A program made the translations under genes and the position numbers. From the NCBI RefSeq assembly GCF_044324875.1, contig NZ_CP172185.1: DNA of 64,000 nucleotides; one strand, written 5' to 3'. The notes beneath the pieces are model-generated. The model had not been told where the DNA came from and ran no database searches. It saw nothing but the letters and a program-made list of their open reading frames with translations. Of the stretch, positions 21,660 to 32,148 are shown one piece after another; position 1 is the stretch's first letter; every line of letters starts with the position of its first letter. The stretch is from Escherichia coli (GTDB lineage Bacteria > Pseudomonadota > Gammaproteobacteria > Enterobacterales > Enterobacteriaceae).

Positions 21660-22676
21660 ATGAACGCTAAGATAATTGCCTCGCTGGCCTTCACCAGCAT
21701 GTTCAGCCTCAGCACCCTGTTAAGCCCGGCGCACGCCGAAGAGCAGGAAAAGGCGCTGAATTTCGGCATTATTTCAACGGAATCACAGCAAAACCTGAAA
21801 CCGCAATGGACGCCGTTCTTACAGGATATGGAGAAGAAGCTGGGCGTAAAGGTCAACGCCTTCTTTGCCCCGGACTACGCGGGCATTATCCAGGGGATGC
21901 GCTTCAATAAAGTGGATATCGCCTGGTACGGCAATCTGTCGGCGATGGAAGCGGTGGATCGCGCCAACGGTCAGGTCTTCGCCCAGACGGTCGCGGCGGA
22001 TGGATCGCCGGGTTACTGGAGCGTGTTGATCGTCAACAAAGACAGTCCGATCAACAACCTGAACGATCTGCTGGCGAAGCGTAAAGATCTCACCTTCGGC
22101 AATGGCGATCCTAACTCCACCTCTGGCTTCCTCGTCCCCGACTACTACGTCTTCGCCAAAAACAATATCTCCGCCAGCGACTTCAAGCGCACCGTCAACG
22201 CCGGGCATGAAACCAACGCGCTGGCCGTCGCCAACAAGCAGGTGGATGTGGCGACCAACAACACCGAAAACCTCGACAAGCTGAAAACCTCCGCACCGGA
22301 GAAGCTCAAAGAACTGAAGGTGATCTGGAAATCGCCGCTGATCCCAGGCGATCCGATCGTCTGGCGCAAAAATCTGTCCGAAACCACCAAAGACAAGATC
22401 TACGACTTCTTTATGAACTACGGCAAGACGCCGGAAGAGAAAGCGGTGCTGGAGCGCCTGGGATGGGCCCCGTTCCGCGCCTCCAGCGACCTGCAACTGG
22501 TGCCGATTCGCCAACTCGCACTGTTTAAAGAGATGCAGGGCGTAAAAGGTAATAAAGGGCTGAATGAGCAGGACAAGCTGGCAAAAACCAGCGCCATTCA
22601 GGCGCAACTGGATGACCTGGACCGCCTGAACAACGCGTTAAGCGCGATGAGTTCGGTGAGTAAAGCGGTGCAGTAA
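21660..22676 (+). CDS. phnD: Phosphonate ABC transporter periplasmic binding protein
   Basis: 338 aa with N-terminal signal peptide; operon position. Confidence 0.95.
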   Translation: MNAKIIASLAFTSMFSLSTLLSPAHAEEQEKALNFGIISTESQQNLKPQWTPFLQDMEKKLGVKVNAFFAPDYAGIIQGMRFNKVDIAWYGNLSAMEAVDRANGQVFAQTVAADGSPGYWSVLIVNKDSPINNLNDLLAKRKDLTFGNGDPNSTSGFLVPDYYVFAKNNISASDFKRTVNAGHETNALAVANKQVDVATNNTENLDKLKTSAPEKLKELKVIWKSPLIPGDPIVWRKNLSETTKDKIYDFFMNYGKTPEEKAVLERLGWAPFRASSDLQLVPIRQLALFKEMQGVKGNKGLNEQDKLAKTSAIQAQLDDLDRLNNALSAMSSVSKAVQ

Positions 22677-22679
22677 ATC

Positions 22680-22768
22680 GTAAGTCGGATAAGACGCCAC
22701 GGCGTCGCATCCGACAATGTGCAGACGTTGATGCCGGATGCGGTGCAAGCACCTTATCCGGCCTACAG
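22680..22768. repeat. REP/BIME inside the phn operon (phnD-phnE spacer)
   Basis: gtcggataagacgc… / …gccggatgcggtg…ccttatccggcctac inverted REP units. Confidence 0.6.
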
Positions 22769-22781
22769 ACCGGAGCCAAAC

Positions 22782-23561
22782 ATGCAAACCATCACCATCG
22801 CCCCACCCAAGCGCAGCTGGTTCTCGCTTCTGAGCTGGGCCGTTGTTCTCGCCGTGCTGGTCGTCTCGTGGCAGGGCGCGGAAATGGCCCCGCTCACGCT
22901 GATTAAAGACGGCGGCAACATGGCAACCTTCGCCGCCGACTTCTTCCCGCCCGATTTCAGCCAGTGGCAGGATTACCTCACCGAAATGGCCGTCACGCTG
23001 CAAATCGCCGTCTGGGGCACCGCGCTGGCGGTGGTTCTCTCCATCCCCTTTGGCCTGATGAGCGCCGAAAACCTGGTGCCGTGGTGGGTTTACCAGCCCG
23101 TTCGCCGCCTGATGGACGCCTGCCGCGCCATTAACGAGATGGTCTTCGCCATGCTGTTCGTGGTCGCCGTCGGTCTCGGTCCGTTCGCTGGCGTACTGGC
23201 GCTGTTTATCCACACCACCGGCGTACTCTCCAAACTGCTTTCCGAAGCGGTAGAAGCAATTGAACCCGGCCCGGTGGAAGGTATTCGCGCCACCGGTGCC
23301 AACAAGCTCGAAGAGATCCTCTACGGCGTGCTGCCGCAGGTGATGCCGCTGCTGATCTCCTACTCCCTCTATCGCTTCGAATCCAACGTCCGTTCGGCCA
23401 CCGTTGTTGGCATGGTCGGCGCGGGCGGGATCGGCGTCACCCTGTGGGAAGCGATTCGCGGTTTCCAGTTCCAGCAAACCTGCGCCCTGATGGTGCTGAT
23501 TATCGTCACGGTCAGCCTGCTGGATTTCCTCTCTCAACGGTTGCGTAAGCACTTTATCTGA
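22782..23561 (+). CDS. phnE: Phosphonate ABC transporter permease, apparently intact
   Basis: Uninterrupted 259-codon frame from ATG 22782 with six predicted TM segments; ORF track's upstream extension runs into the REP element. Confidence 0.85.
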
Positions 23562-23581
23562 TAAGCGAGGCATTGATATCT

Positions 23582-24307
23582 ATGCACTTGTCTACACATC
23601 CGACCAGCTACCCAACACGCTATCAGGAGATAGCCGCAAAACTTGAGCAGGAGCTTCGTCAACACTACCGCTGCGGCGACTATCTTCCCGCCGAGCAGCA
23701 ACTGGCGGCGCGCTTTGAGGTGAACCGCCACACCCTGCGCCGCGCCATCGACCAACTGGTGGAAAAAGGCTGGGTACAGCGCCGTCAGGGCGTCGGCGTG
23801 CTGGTACTGATGCGCCCGTTCGATTACCCGCTCAACGCCCAGGCGCGTTTTAGCCAGAACCTGCTGGATCAGGGCAGCCATCCCACCAGCGAAAAACTGC
23901 TGTCGGTGCTGCGCCCGGCCTCCGGTCACGTCGCTGACGCGCTGGGGATAACCGAGGGCGAGAACGTTATCCACCTGCGCACCCTGCGTCGGGTCAACGG
24001 CGTCGCGCTCTGTTTAATCGACCACTACTTTGCGGATCTCACCCTCTGGCCGACGCTGCAACGCTTCGACAGCGGCTCGCTGCACGATTTTCTGCGCGAG
24101 CAAACGGGGATTGCGCTGCGCCGCAGCCAGACGCGGATCAGCGCCCGCCGCGCCCAGGCCAAAGAGTGCCAGCGTCTTGAAATCCCGAATATGTCGCCGC
24201 TGCTGTGCGTGCGCACCCTTAACCACCGTGACGGTGAAAGCAGCCCGGCGGAGTACTCCGTCAGCCTGACGCGCGCCGACATGATTGAATTCACTATGGA
24301 GCACTGA
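23582..24307 (+). CDS. phnF: GntR-family transcriptional repressor of the phn operon
   Basis: N-terminal GntR HTH, UTRA-like C-terminus; start set at ATG 23582. Confidence 0.9.
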   Translation: MHLSTHPTSYPTRYQEIAAKLEQELRQHYRCGDYLPAEQQLAARFEVNRHTLRRAIDQLVEKGWVQRRQGVGVLVLMRPFDYPLNAQARFSQNLLDQGSHPTSEKLLSVLRPASGHVADALGITEGENVIHLRTLRRVNGVALCLIDHYFADLTLWPTLQRFDSGSLHDFLREQTGIALRRSQTRISARRAQAKECQRLEIPNMSPLLCVRTLNHRDGESSPAEYSVSLTRADMIEFTMEH

Positions 24308-24760
24308 ATGCACGCAGATACCGCGACCCGCCAGCACTGGATGTCCATACTGGCACACAGCCAACCGGCTGAACTGGCAGCCCGCCTGAAGGCGCTGAAC
24401 ATCACTGCCGACTATGAAGTAATCCGCGCCGCTGAAACCGGCCTGGTGCAGATTCAGGCGCGGATGGGTGGCACCGGCGAACGCTTTTTTGCTGGCGACG
24501 CCACGCTCACCCGCGCCACCGTACGCCTGACTGACGGCACGCTCGGCTACAGCTGGGTGCTGGGGCGCGACAAACAGCACGCCGAACGCTGCGCGCTGAT
24601 TGACGCGCTGATGCAGCAAACCCGCCATTTTCAAAACTTATCAGAAACCCTTATTGCCCCGCTGGACGCTGACCGTATGGCACGCATTGCCGCACGCCAG
24701 GCCGAAGTGAACGCCAGCCGGGTCGACTTCTTTACGATGGTTCGCGGAGATAACGCATGA
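24308..24760 (+). CDS. phnG: C-P lyase core complex subunit
   Basis: 150 aa, operon position, translational coupling to phnF/phnH. Confidence 0.9.
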   Translation: MHADTATRQHWMSILAHSQPAELAARLKALNITADYEVIRAAETGLVQIQARMGGTGERFFAGDATLTRATVRLTDGTLGYSWVLGRDKQHAERCALIDALMQQTRHFQNLSETLIAPLDADRMARIAARQAEVNASRVDFFTMVRGDNA

Positions 24761-25341
24761 CCCTGGAAACCGCTTTTATGCTTCCTGTGCAGGATGCCCA
24801 GCACAGTTTTCGTCGCCTGTTAAAGGCCATGAGCGAGCCGGGCGTGATTGTCGCCCTGCATCAGCTCAAACGCGGCTGGCAGCCGCTGAATATCGCCACC
24901 ACCAGCGTGCTGCTGACGCTGGCCGATAACGACACGCCGGTGTGGCTTTCTGCGCCATTAAGTAACGATATCGTCAGCCAGAGCCTGCGTTTTCATACCA
25001 ACGCGCCGCTGGTCAATCAGCCGGAACTGGCGACCTTCGCGGTAACGGATGAGGCGATTTCCAGCGAACAGCTTAACGCCCTTTCCAGCGGCACCGCTGT
25101 TGCGCCAGAAGCGGGCGCGACGCTGATTTTACAGGTCGTCAGCCTGAGCGGCGGGCGCATGCTGCGCCTTACTGGCGCGGGTATTGCCGAAGAACGAATG
25201 ATCGCCCCGCAGCTGCCGGAGTGCATTCTGCACGAACTTACCGAGCGCCCGCACCCGTTCCCGCTCGGCATCGACCTGATCCTGACCTGCGGCGAGCGGC
25301 TGCTGGCTATCCCGCGAACCACTCATGTGGAGGTGTGCTGA
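24757..25341 (+). CDS. phnH: C-P lyase core complex subunit
   Basis: 194 aa; overlapping stops/starts with neighbours. Confidence 0.9.
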   Translation: MTLETAFMLPVQDAQHSFRRLLKAMSEPGVIVALHQLKRGWQPLNIATTSVLLTLADNDTPVWLSAPLSNDIVSQSLRFHTNAPLVNQPELATFAVTDEAISSEQLNALSSGTAVAPEAGATLILQVVSLSGGRMLRLTGAGIAEERMIAPQLPECILHELTERPHPFPLGIDLILTCGERLLAIPRTTHVEVC

Positions 25342-26405
25342 TGTACGTTGCCGTGAAAGGGGGCGAGAAGGCGATCGACGCCGCCCACGCCCTGCAAGAG
25401 AGCCGACGCCGGGGCAATACCGATTTGCCTGAACTGAGCGTCGCCCAGATTGAACAGCAGCTTAACCTCGCGGTAGATCGCGTGATGACCGAAGGCGGCA
25501 TTGCCGACCGCGAACTGGCGGCGCTGGCGCTGAAACAGGCCAGCGGCGATAACGTCGAAGCAATTTTCCTGCTGCGCGCCTACCGTACCACGCTGGCGAA
25601 GCTGGCGGTAAGCGAGCCGCTCGACACCACGGAGATGCGTCTCGAACGGCGTATTTCAGCGGTGTATAAAGATATTCCCGGCGGCCAGCTGCTTGGCCCA
25701 ACCTACGACTACACCCACCGCCTGCTCGATTTCACCCTGCTGGCAAACGGCGAAGCGCCGACGCTGACCACAGCCGACAGCGAACAACAGCCGTCGCCGC
25801 ACGTTTTCAGCCTGCTGGCGCGTCAGGGGCTGGCGAAGTTTGAAGAGGATAGCGGCGCACAGCCGGATGACATCACCCGCACGCCGCCGGTTTACCCCTG
25901 CTCACGCTCCTCCCGCCTGCAACAATTAATGCGCGGGGACGAAGGCTATTTGCTGGCGCTGGCCTACTCCACCCAGCGTGGTTACGGGCGCAATCACCCG
26001 TTCGCAGGCGAAATCCGCAGCGGCTATATCGACGTGTCGATTGTGCCGGAAGAGCTGGGATTTGCGGTGAACGTCGGCGAACTGCTGATGACCGAATGTG
26101 AAATGGTCAACGGTTTTATCGACCCGCCGGATGAGCCGCCGCACTTCACGCGCGGCTACGGGCTGGTGTTCGGCATGAGCGAGCGCAAAGCGATGGCGAT
26201 GGCGCTGGTTGACCGTGCGTTGCAGGCTCCGGAGTACGGCGAGCACGCGACAGGCCCGGCGCAGGATGAAGAGTTCGTGCTGGCGCATGCCGACAACGTC
26301 GAAGCCGCAGGCTTTGTCTCGCACCTCAAACTCCCCCACTACGTCGATTTCCAGGCCGAACTGGAGCTACTCAAACGTCTGCAACAGGAGCAGAACCATG
26401 GCTAA
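25341..26405 (+). CDS. phnI: C-P lyase core complex subunit (nucleosidase-like PhnI)
   Basis: 354 aa from ATG 25341 ([13 protein letters not shown]…). Confidence 0.9.
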   Translation: MYVAVKGGEKAIDAAHALQESRRRGNTDLPELSVAQIEQQLNLAVDRVMTEGGIADRELAALALKQASGDNVEAIFLLRAYRTTLAKLAVSEPLDTTEMRLERRISAVYKDIPGGQLLGPTYDYTHRLLDFTLLANGEAPTLTTADSEQQPSPHVFSLLARQGLAKFEEDSGAQPDDITRTPPVYPCSRSSRLQQLMRGDEGYLLALAYSTQRGYGRNHPFAGEIRSGYIDVSIVPEELGFAVNVGELLMTECEMVNGFIDPPDEPPHFTRGYGLVFGMSERKAMAMALVDRALQAPEYGEHATGPAQDEEFVLAHADNVEAAGFVSHLKLPHYVDFQAELELLKRLQQEQNHG

Positions 26406-27243
26406 TCTGAGCGGCTACAACTTTGCTTACCTCGACGAGCAGACCAAACGCATGATCCGCCGCGCCATCTTAAAAGCGGTGGCGATCCCCGGTTATCAGG
26501 TGCCGTTTGGCGGGCGCGAGATGCCGATGCCGTACGGCTGGGGAACCGGCGGCATACAGCTTACCGCCAGCGTGATTGGCGAAAGCGATGTGCTGAAGGT
26601 GATTGACCAGGGCGCGGATGACACCACCAACGCCGTGTCGATTCGCAACTTCTTTAAGCGCGTGACCGGGGTAAACACCACTGAACGTACGGACGATGCG
26701 ACGCTTATCCAGACGCGCCACCGCATCCCCGAAACGCCGCTGACCGAAGATCAGATCATTATTTTCCAGGTGCCGATCCCGGAACCGCTGCGCTTTATCG
26801 AGCCGCGCGAAACGGAGACCCGCACTATGCACGCGCTGGAGGAGTACGGCGTGATGCAGGTGAAACTGTATGAAGATATCGCCCGCTTCGGTCATATCGC
26901 CACCACCTATGCCTATCCGGTGAAGGTGAACGGGCGCTACGTGATGGACCCGTCGCCGATCCCGAAATTCGATAACCCAAAAATGGACATGATGCCCGCC
27001 CTGCAGCTGTTCGGCGCAGGACGCGAGAAGCGCATCTATGCGGTGCCGCCGTTTACCCGCGTGGAAAGCCTCGATTTCGACGATCACCCGTTCACCGTTC
27101 AACAGTGGGATGAGCCGTGCGCCATCTGCGGATCGACCCACAGCTATCTCGACGAAGTGGTACTGGATGACGCCGGAAACCGCATGTTTGTCTGCTCCGA
27201 TACCGATTATTGCCGCCAACAGAGCGAGGCGAAAAGCCAATGA
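26398..27243 (+). CDS. phnJ: C-P lyase catalytic subunit (radical SAM-like, Cys-rich C-terminus)
   Basis: 281 aa from ATG 26398 (MANLSGYNFAYLDEQTKR…); C-terminal CxxCxxxxxC-type cysteine cluster (CAICGSTHSYLDEVVLDDAGNRMFVCSDTDYC). Confidence 0.9.
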   Translation: MANLSGYNFAYLDEQTKRMIRRAILKAVAIPGYQVPFGGREMPMPYGWGTGGIQLTASVIGESDVLKVIDQGADDTTNAVSIRNFFKRVTGVNTTERTDDATLIQTRHRIPETPLTEDQIIIFQVPIPEPLRFIEPRETETRTMHALEEYGVMQVKLYEDIARFGHIATTYAYPVKVNGRYVMDPSPIPKFDNPKMDMMPALQLFGAGREKRIYAVPPFTRVESLDFDDHPFTVQQWDEPCAICGSTHSYLDEVVLDDAGNRMFVCSDTDYCRQQSEAKSQ

Positions 27244-27998
27244 ATCAACCGTTACTTTCGGTCAATAACCTGACCCACCTTTACGCGCCGGGCAAAGGCT
27301 TTAGCGATGTTTCTTTTGATTTATGGCCGGGGGAAGTGCTGGGCATCGTCGGGGAATCCGGCTCCGGGAAGACCACGCTGCTGAAATCAATCTCCGCGCG
27401 CCTGACGCCGCAGCAGGGGGAGATTCGCTATGAAAACCGCTCCCTCTATGGCATGAGCGAAGCCGACCGCCGCCGTTTACTGCGCACCGAATGGGGCGTG
27501 GTACATCAGCATCCGCTCGACGGCCTGCGCCGCCAGGTGTCGGCAGGCGGCAATATCGGCGAGCGGCTGATGGCGACCGGGGCGCGTCATTACGGCGACA
27601 TCCGCGCCACCGCGCAGAAGTGGCTGGAAGAGGTGGAGATTCCCGCCAACCGGATCGACGACCTGCCGACCACCTTTTCCGGCGGCATGCAGCAACGTTT
27701 GCAGATTGCCCGCAACCTGGTGACGCATCCGAAGCTGGTGTTTATGGACGAACCAACCGGCGGGCTGGATGTGTCGGTGCAGGCGCGCCTGCTCGACCTG
27801 CTGCGCGGCCTGGTGGTGGAGCTGAACCTGGCGGTGGTGATTGTCACCCACGATTTAGGCGTCGCCCGCCTGCTGGCGGACCGTTTGCTGGTGATGAAGC
27901 AGGGGCAAGTAGTGGAGAGTGGGTTAACCGACCGCGTGCTCGACGACCCTCACCATCCATATACCCAGCTGCTGGTGTCATCGGTTTTGCAGAATTGA
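27240..27998 (+). CDS. phnK: C-P lyase associated ABC-type ATPase
   Basis: Walker [10 protein letters not shown], signature FSGGMQQR; start ATG overlaps phnJ stop (ATGA). Confidence 0.9.
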   Translation: MNQPLLSVNNLTHLYAPGKGFSDVSFDLWPGEVLGIVGESGSGKTTLLKSISARLTPQQGEIRYENRSLYGMSEADRRRLLRTEWGVVHQHPLDGLRRQVSAGGNIGERLMATGARHYGDIRATAQKWLEEVEIPANRIDDLPTTFSGGMQQRLQIARNLVTHPKLVFMDEPTGGLDVSVQARLLDLLRGLVVELNLAVVIVTHDLGVARLLADRLLVMKQGQVVESGLTDRVLDDPHHPYTQLLVSSVLQN

Positions 27999-28003
27999 GC
28001 CAG

Positions 28004-28088
28004 TGCCGGATACGGCGTAAACGCCTTATCCGGCCGACAAATGCGCTCCCCGTAGGTCGGATAAGACGCGTCAGCGTCGCATCCGACA
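28004..28088. repeat. REP/BIME inside the phn operon (phnK-phnL spacer)
   Basis: gccggatacggcgtaaacgccttatccggcc … gtcggataagacgcgtcagcgtcgcatccgac. Confidence 0.6.
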
Positions 28089-28108
28089 CCCGAACCACGA
28101 GGCGAAAA

Positions 28109-28789
28109 ATGATTAACGTACAAAACGTCAGTAAAACCTTCATCCTGCACCAGCAAAACGGCGTGCGCCTGCCCGTCTTACAACGTGCCTCGCTCACCGT
28201 CAACGCAGGCGAATGCGTGGTGCTTCACGGCCACTCCGGCAGCGGAAAATCAACCCTGCTGCGCTCGCTGTACGCCAACTATCTGCCCGATGAAGGTCAA
28301 ATCCAGATCAAACACGGTGATGAGTGGGTAGACCTGATCACCGCGCCAGCCCGCAAAGTGGTGGAGATCCGCAAAACCACCATCGGCTGGGTGAGCCAGT
28401 TTCTGCGCGTCATCCCGCGTATTTCGGCACTGGAAGTGGTGATGCAGCCTCTGCTCGATACCGGCGTACCGCGTGAAGCCTGCGCCGCTAAAGCCGCCCG
28501 ATTACTGACGCGCCTGAACGTGCCTGAACGCCTGTGGCACCTGGCACCATCGACCTTCTCCGGCGGCGAACAGCAGCGCGTCAACATCGCCCGTGGCTTT
28601 ATCGTCGACTATCCGATTCTGCTGCTGGATGAACCCACCGCCTCGCTGGACGCTAAAAACAGCGCCGCGGTGGTGGAACTCATTCGCGAAGCCAAAGCCC
28701 GTGGCGCGGCCATCGTCGGTATCTTCCATGACGAAGCCGTACGCAATGACGTCGCCGACCGCCTGCACCCGATGGGAGCCTCTTCATGA
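28109..28789 (+). CDS. phnL: C-P lyase associated ABC-type ATPase
   Basis: 226 aa from ATG 28109 ([11 protein letters not shown]…), Walker [10 protein letters not shown]. Confidence 0.9.
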   Translation: MINVQNVSKTFILHQQNGVRLPVLQRASLTVNAGECVVLHGHSGSGKSTLLRSLYANYLPDEGQIQIKHGDEWVDLITAPARKVVEIRKTTIGWVSQFLRVIPRISALEVVMQPLLDTGVPREACAAKAARLLTRLNVPERLWHLAPSTFSGGEQQRVNIARGFIVDYPILLLDEPTASLDAKNSAAVVELIREAKARGAAIVGIFHDEAVRNDVADRLHPMGASS

Positions 28790-29922
28790 TTATCAATAAC
28801 GTCAAACTGGTGCTGGAAAACGAAGTGGTGCACGGTTCACTGGAGGTGCAGGATGGCGAAATCCGCGCCTTTGCCGAAAGCCAGAGCCGCCAGCCGGAAG
28901 CGATGGACGGCGAAGGTGGCTGGCTACTGCCCGGACTGATTGAGCTGCATACCGACAACCTCGATAAATTCTTCACCCCGCGCCCGAAAGTTGACTGGCC
29001 TGCCCACTCGGCGATGAGCAGCCACGACGCGCTGATGGTGGCAAGCGGCATCACCACCGTACTGGACGCGGTGGCGATTGGCGACGTGCGCGACGGCGGC
29101 GATCGGCTGGAGAATCTGGAGAAGATGATCAACGCCATCGAAGAGACGCAGAAACGCGGCGTCAACCGCGCCGAGCACCGCCTGCACCTGCGCTGCGAAC
29201 TGCCGCACCACACCACGTTGCCGCTGTTTGAAAAACTGGTGCAGCGCGAACCTGTGACGCTGGTATCGCTGATGGACCACTCGCCAGGCCAGCGCCAGTT
29301 CGCCAATCGCGAGAAGTATCGCGAATATTATCAGGGCAAATATTCCCTCACCGATGCGCAGATGCAGCAGTACGAAGAAGAGCAATTGGCGCTCGCCGCA
29401 CGCTGGTCGCAGCCAAATCGCGAAACCATCGCCGCAATGTGCCGCGCGCGATACATTGCGCTCGCCAGCCACGATGACGCCACGCACGCCCACGTTGCCG
29501 AATCCCACCAGCTTGGCAGCGTGATTGCCGAATTTCCCACCACGTTCGAAGCGGCAGAAGCCTCGCGCAAGCATGGCATGAACGTGCTGATGGGCGCGCC
29601 GAATATCGTGCGCGGCGGTTCGCACTCCGGCAACGTGGCGGCCAGTGAACTGGCGCAGCTTGGCCTGCTGGATATCCTCTCTTCCGACTACTACCCCGCC
29701 AGCCTGCTCGATGCGGCATTTCGCGTCGCCGATGACGAGAGCAACCGCTTTACGCTGCCGCAGGCGGTGAAGCTGGTGACTAAAAATCCGGCGCAGGCGC
29801 TTAATCTTCAGGATCGCGGAGTGATTGGCGAGGGCAAACGCGCCGACCTGGTGCTGGCGCATCGCAAGGGCAACCACATTCATATCGACCACGTCTGGCG
29901 TCAGGGTAAAAGGGTGTTCTGA
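28786..29922 (+). CDS. phnM: Amidohydrolase-fold PhnM (ribosyl-triphosphate 1-phosphonate diphosphohydrolase)
   Basis: 378 aa; metal-binding HTDN motif near N-terminus. Confidence 0.9.
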   Translation: MIINNVKLVLENEVVHGSLEVQDGEIRAFAESQSRQPEAMDGEGGWLLPGLIELHTDNLDKFFTPRPKVDWPAHSAMSSHDALMVASGITTVLDAVAIGDVRDGGDRLENLEKMINAIEETQKRGVNRAEHRLHLRCELPHHTTLPLFEKLVQREPVTLVSLMDHSPGQRQFANREKYREYYQGKYSLTDAQMQQYEEEQLALAARWSQPNRETIAAMCRARYIALASHDDATHAHVAESHQLGSVIAEFPTTFEAAEASRKHGMNVLMGAPNIVRGGSHSGNVAASELAQLGLLDILSSDYYPASLLDAAFRVADDESNRFTLPQAVKLVTKNPAQALNLQDRGVIGEGKRADLVLAHRKGNHIHIDHVWRQGKRVF

Positions 29923-30479
29923 TGACGGGAAAACTGATTTGGTTAATGGGGGCCTCTGGCTCCGGAAAAGACAGTCTGTTGACGGAACTTCGCCAGCGGG
30001 AACAAACTCAGCTACTGGTAGCGCATCGCTACATCACGCGCGCCGCCAGCGCCGGAAGTGAAAACCATATCGCCCTGAGCGAGCAGGAGTTTTTTACCCG
30101 CGCGGGGCAGAACCTTCTGGCCTTAAGCTGGCACGCTAACGGTCTGTATTATGGCGTCGGCGTCGAGATTGACCTCTGGCTGCACGCCGGATTCGACGTG
30201 CTGGTCAACGGCTCACGCGCGCATTTGCCGCAGGCACGGGCGCGCTATCAATCGGCGCTGTTGCCCGTTTGTTTACAGGTTTCGCCGGAGATCCTGCGCC
30301 AGCGCCTGGAAAACCGTGGTCGTGAAAATGCCAGTGAAATTAACGCCCGACTGGCACGCGCTGCCCGCTATACTCCTCAGGATTGTCTTACGCTCAATAA
30401 TGACGGCAGCCTGCGCCAGTCGGTCGACAAGCTGCTGACGCTGATTCATCAGAAGGAGAAACACCATGCCTGCTTGTGA
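29922..30479 (+). CDS. phnN: Ribose 1,5-bisphosphate phosphokinase
   Basis: 185 aa; P-loop GASGSGKDS. Confidence 0.9.
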   Translation: MTGKLIWLMGASGSGKDSLLTELRQREQTQLLVAHRYITRAASAGSENHIALSEQEFFTRAGQNLLALSWHANGLYYGVGVEIDLWLHAGFDVLVNGSRAHLPQARARYQSALLPVCLQVSPEILRQRLENRGRENASEINARLARAARYTPQDCLTLNNDGSLRQSVDKLLTLIHQKEKHHACL

Positions 30480-30900
30480 GCTTCGCCCGGCTACGCAGTA
30501 CGACACCGACGCAGTTTACGCGCTGATTTGTGAGCTAAAACAGGCGGAGTTTGACCACCACGCGTTTCGCGTGGGCTTTAACGCCAACCTGCGCGACCCA
30601 AACATGCGCTACCATCTGGCGCTACTGGATGGCGAAGTTGTCGGCATGATCGGCCTGCATTTGCAGTTTCATCTGCATCATGTCAACTGGATCGGCGAAA
30701 TTCAGGAACTGGTGGTGATGCCGCAGGCGCGCGGTCTGAACATCGGCAGTAAATTACTGGCATGGGCAGAAGAAGAAGCCCGCCAGGCCGGGGCCGAAAT
30801 GACCGAGCTTTCGACCAACGTGAAGCGCCACGACGCGCACCGTTTCTATCTGCGCGAAGGCTACGAGCAGAGCCATTTCCGCTTCACCAAGGCGCTGTAA
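30466..30900 (+). CDS. phnO: GNAT aminoalkylphosphonate N-acetyltransferase
   Basis: 144 aa GNAT fold (…[26 protein letters not shown]…). Confidence 0.9.
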   Translation: MPACELRPATQYDTDAVYALICELKQAEFDHHAFRVGFNANLRDPNMRYHLALLDGEVVGMIGLHLQFHLHHVNWIGEIQELVVMPQARGLNIGSKLLAWAEEEARQAGAEMTELSTNVKRHDAHRFYLREGYEQSHFRFTKAL

Positions 30901-30901
30901 C

Positions 30902-31660
30902 ATGAGCCTGACCCTCACACTTACTGGCACTGGCGGCGCACAGGGCGTTCCCGCATGGGGCTGTGAGTGCGCGGCCTGCGCCAGAGCGCGGCGCTCACCG
31001 CAGTATCGCCGCCAGCCATGCAGCGGCGTCGTGAAGTTTAACGACGCGATCACCCTGATCGACGCCGGGCTGCACGATCTCGCCGATCGCTGGTCGCCCG
31101 GATCGTTCCAGCAGTTTTTGCTGACGCACTACCATATGGATCACGTGCAGGGGCTGTTTCCGCTGCGCTGGGGCGTGGGCGATTCGATCCCGGTCTACGG
31201 CCCGCCGGATGAACAGGGCTGCGACGATCTGTTTAAACATCCGGGCCTGCTTGATTTCAGCCACACGGTGGAACCGTTTGTAGTGTTTGATTTGCAGGGA
31301 TTACAGGTCACGCCGCTGCCGCTCAATCATTCGAAACTCACTTTCGGCTATTTACTGGAAACGGCACATAGCCGGGTGGCGTGGCTGTCTGACACCGCAG
31401 GCCTGCCGGAAAAAACGCTGAAATTTTTACGCAATAATCAGCCACAGGTAATGGTGATTGATTGCAGCCACCCACCGCGCGAGGATGCACCGCGTAATCA
31501 CTGTGATTTAAATACCGTGCTTGCGCTGAATCAGGTTATCCGCTCGCCACGGGTGATTCTGACCCATATCAGCCACCAGTTTGATGCGTGGCTGATGGAA
31601 AACGCACTGCCGTCGGGGTTTGAGGCGGGGTTTGATGGGATGGAGATTGGGGTGGCGTGA
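30902..31660 (+). CDS. phnP: Metallo-beta-lactamase-fold phosphodiesterase
   Basis: 252 aa; HYHMDH metal-binding motif. Confidence 0.9.
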   Translation: MSLTLTLTGTGGAQGVPAWGCECAACARARRSPQYRRQPCSGVVKFNDAITLIDAGLHDLADRWSPGSFQQFLLTHYHMDHVQGLFPLRWGVGDSIPVYGPPDEQGCDDLFKHPGLLDFSHTVEPFVVFDLQGLQVTPLPLNHSKLTFGYLLETAHSRVAWLSDTAGLPEKTLKFLRNNQPQVMVIDCSHPPREDAPRNHCDLNTVLALNQVIRSPRVILTHISHQFDAWLMENALPSGFEAGFDGMEIGVA

Positions 31661-31682
31661 TGGGAGGGAATGTGCGCGCTGG

Positions 31683-31797
31683 CCCCCTCACCCTAACCCT
31701 CTCCCCAGAGGGGCGAGGGGACCGATTGTGCTCGATATTGAATATTGCGCTGGTTTTCTCCCTCGCCCCATTGGGGAGAGGGCCGGGGTGAGAGGCG
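31683..31797. repeat. GC-rich composite inverted repeat (boxC-like) between convergent phnP and yjdP
   Basis: Arm A ccccctcaccctaaccctctccccagaggggcgagggga (31683-31721) and arm B tctccctcgccccattggggagagggccggggtgagagg (31757-31797) are near reverse complements, separated by about 35 bp containing a short AT palindrome. Confidence 0.5.
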
Positions 31798-31818
31798 ATG
31801 CCTGCTCCATACCCAACA

Positions 31819-32148
31819 TCAACGCCCATACTCATCTTCCATTCTCCGCTCTTCATCTTCTAGCTGCCGACGCTCCTGATCCAGCTGGCGCTGGCGATCG
31901 TCCAGCTGCCTGCGGCGATCTTCAAACTGGCGGCGGCGATCGTCATATTGTCTGCGCCGATCGTCGTTCACTTCACGCTGCCAGCCGTCGTCGCGCGAAT
32001 CTTCATAGTCTCGCCCACGGTCAGGGTTATAAGCGTCGTTAATCGCCTGCTGAATATTGCCAATGGTGTCGTCGATAATATCGGCCTGGGCCGGAACGGT
32101 GGACAGCGTGAGCAGGGTGAATAAAAGAAATAGCGGAAAGCGTTTCAT
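31819..32148 (-). CDS. yjdP: Small secreted protein YjdP with periodic acidic/basic repeats
   Basis: 109 aa; N-terminal signal peptide MKRFPLFLLFTLLTLSTVPAQA followed by repeats of the DDRRRQ type; degenerate 24-bp DNA periodicity visible. Confidence 0.8.
   Translation of the reverse strand: MKRFPLFLLFTLLTLSTVPAQADIIDDTIGNIQQAINDAYNPDRGRDYEDSRDDGWQREVNDDRRRQYDDRRRQFEDRRRQLDDRQRQLDQERRQLEDEERRMEDEYGR

Noticed and set aside
21819-23573. 262-aa and 311-aa ORFs antisense to phnD and phnE
   Set aside because: Antisense artefacts rich in Arg/Gly/His with no motifs; the sense strand carries clearly recognisable phn genes.
27491-28789. 432-aa plus-strand ORF spanning the phnK 3' region, the REP spacer and phnL
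   Set aside because: Its first 200 residues are an Arg/Pro/Gly-rich out-of-frame read of phnK and the REP element; only the portion from ATG 28109 (phnL) has a Walker A motif and sensible composition.
28924-29892. 322-aa ORF antisense to phnM
   Set aside because: Same reasoning: long open antisense frame inside a GC-rich gene, no start context or motifs.
31620-32042. 140-aa plus-strand ORF running through the GC-rich inverted repeat and antisense to yjdP
   Set aside because: Begins inside the phnP 3' end, translates the repeat element, and is Arg/Ala/Pro-rich; more plausibly non-coding.
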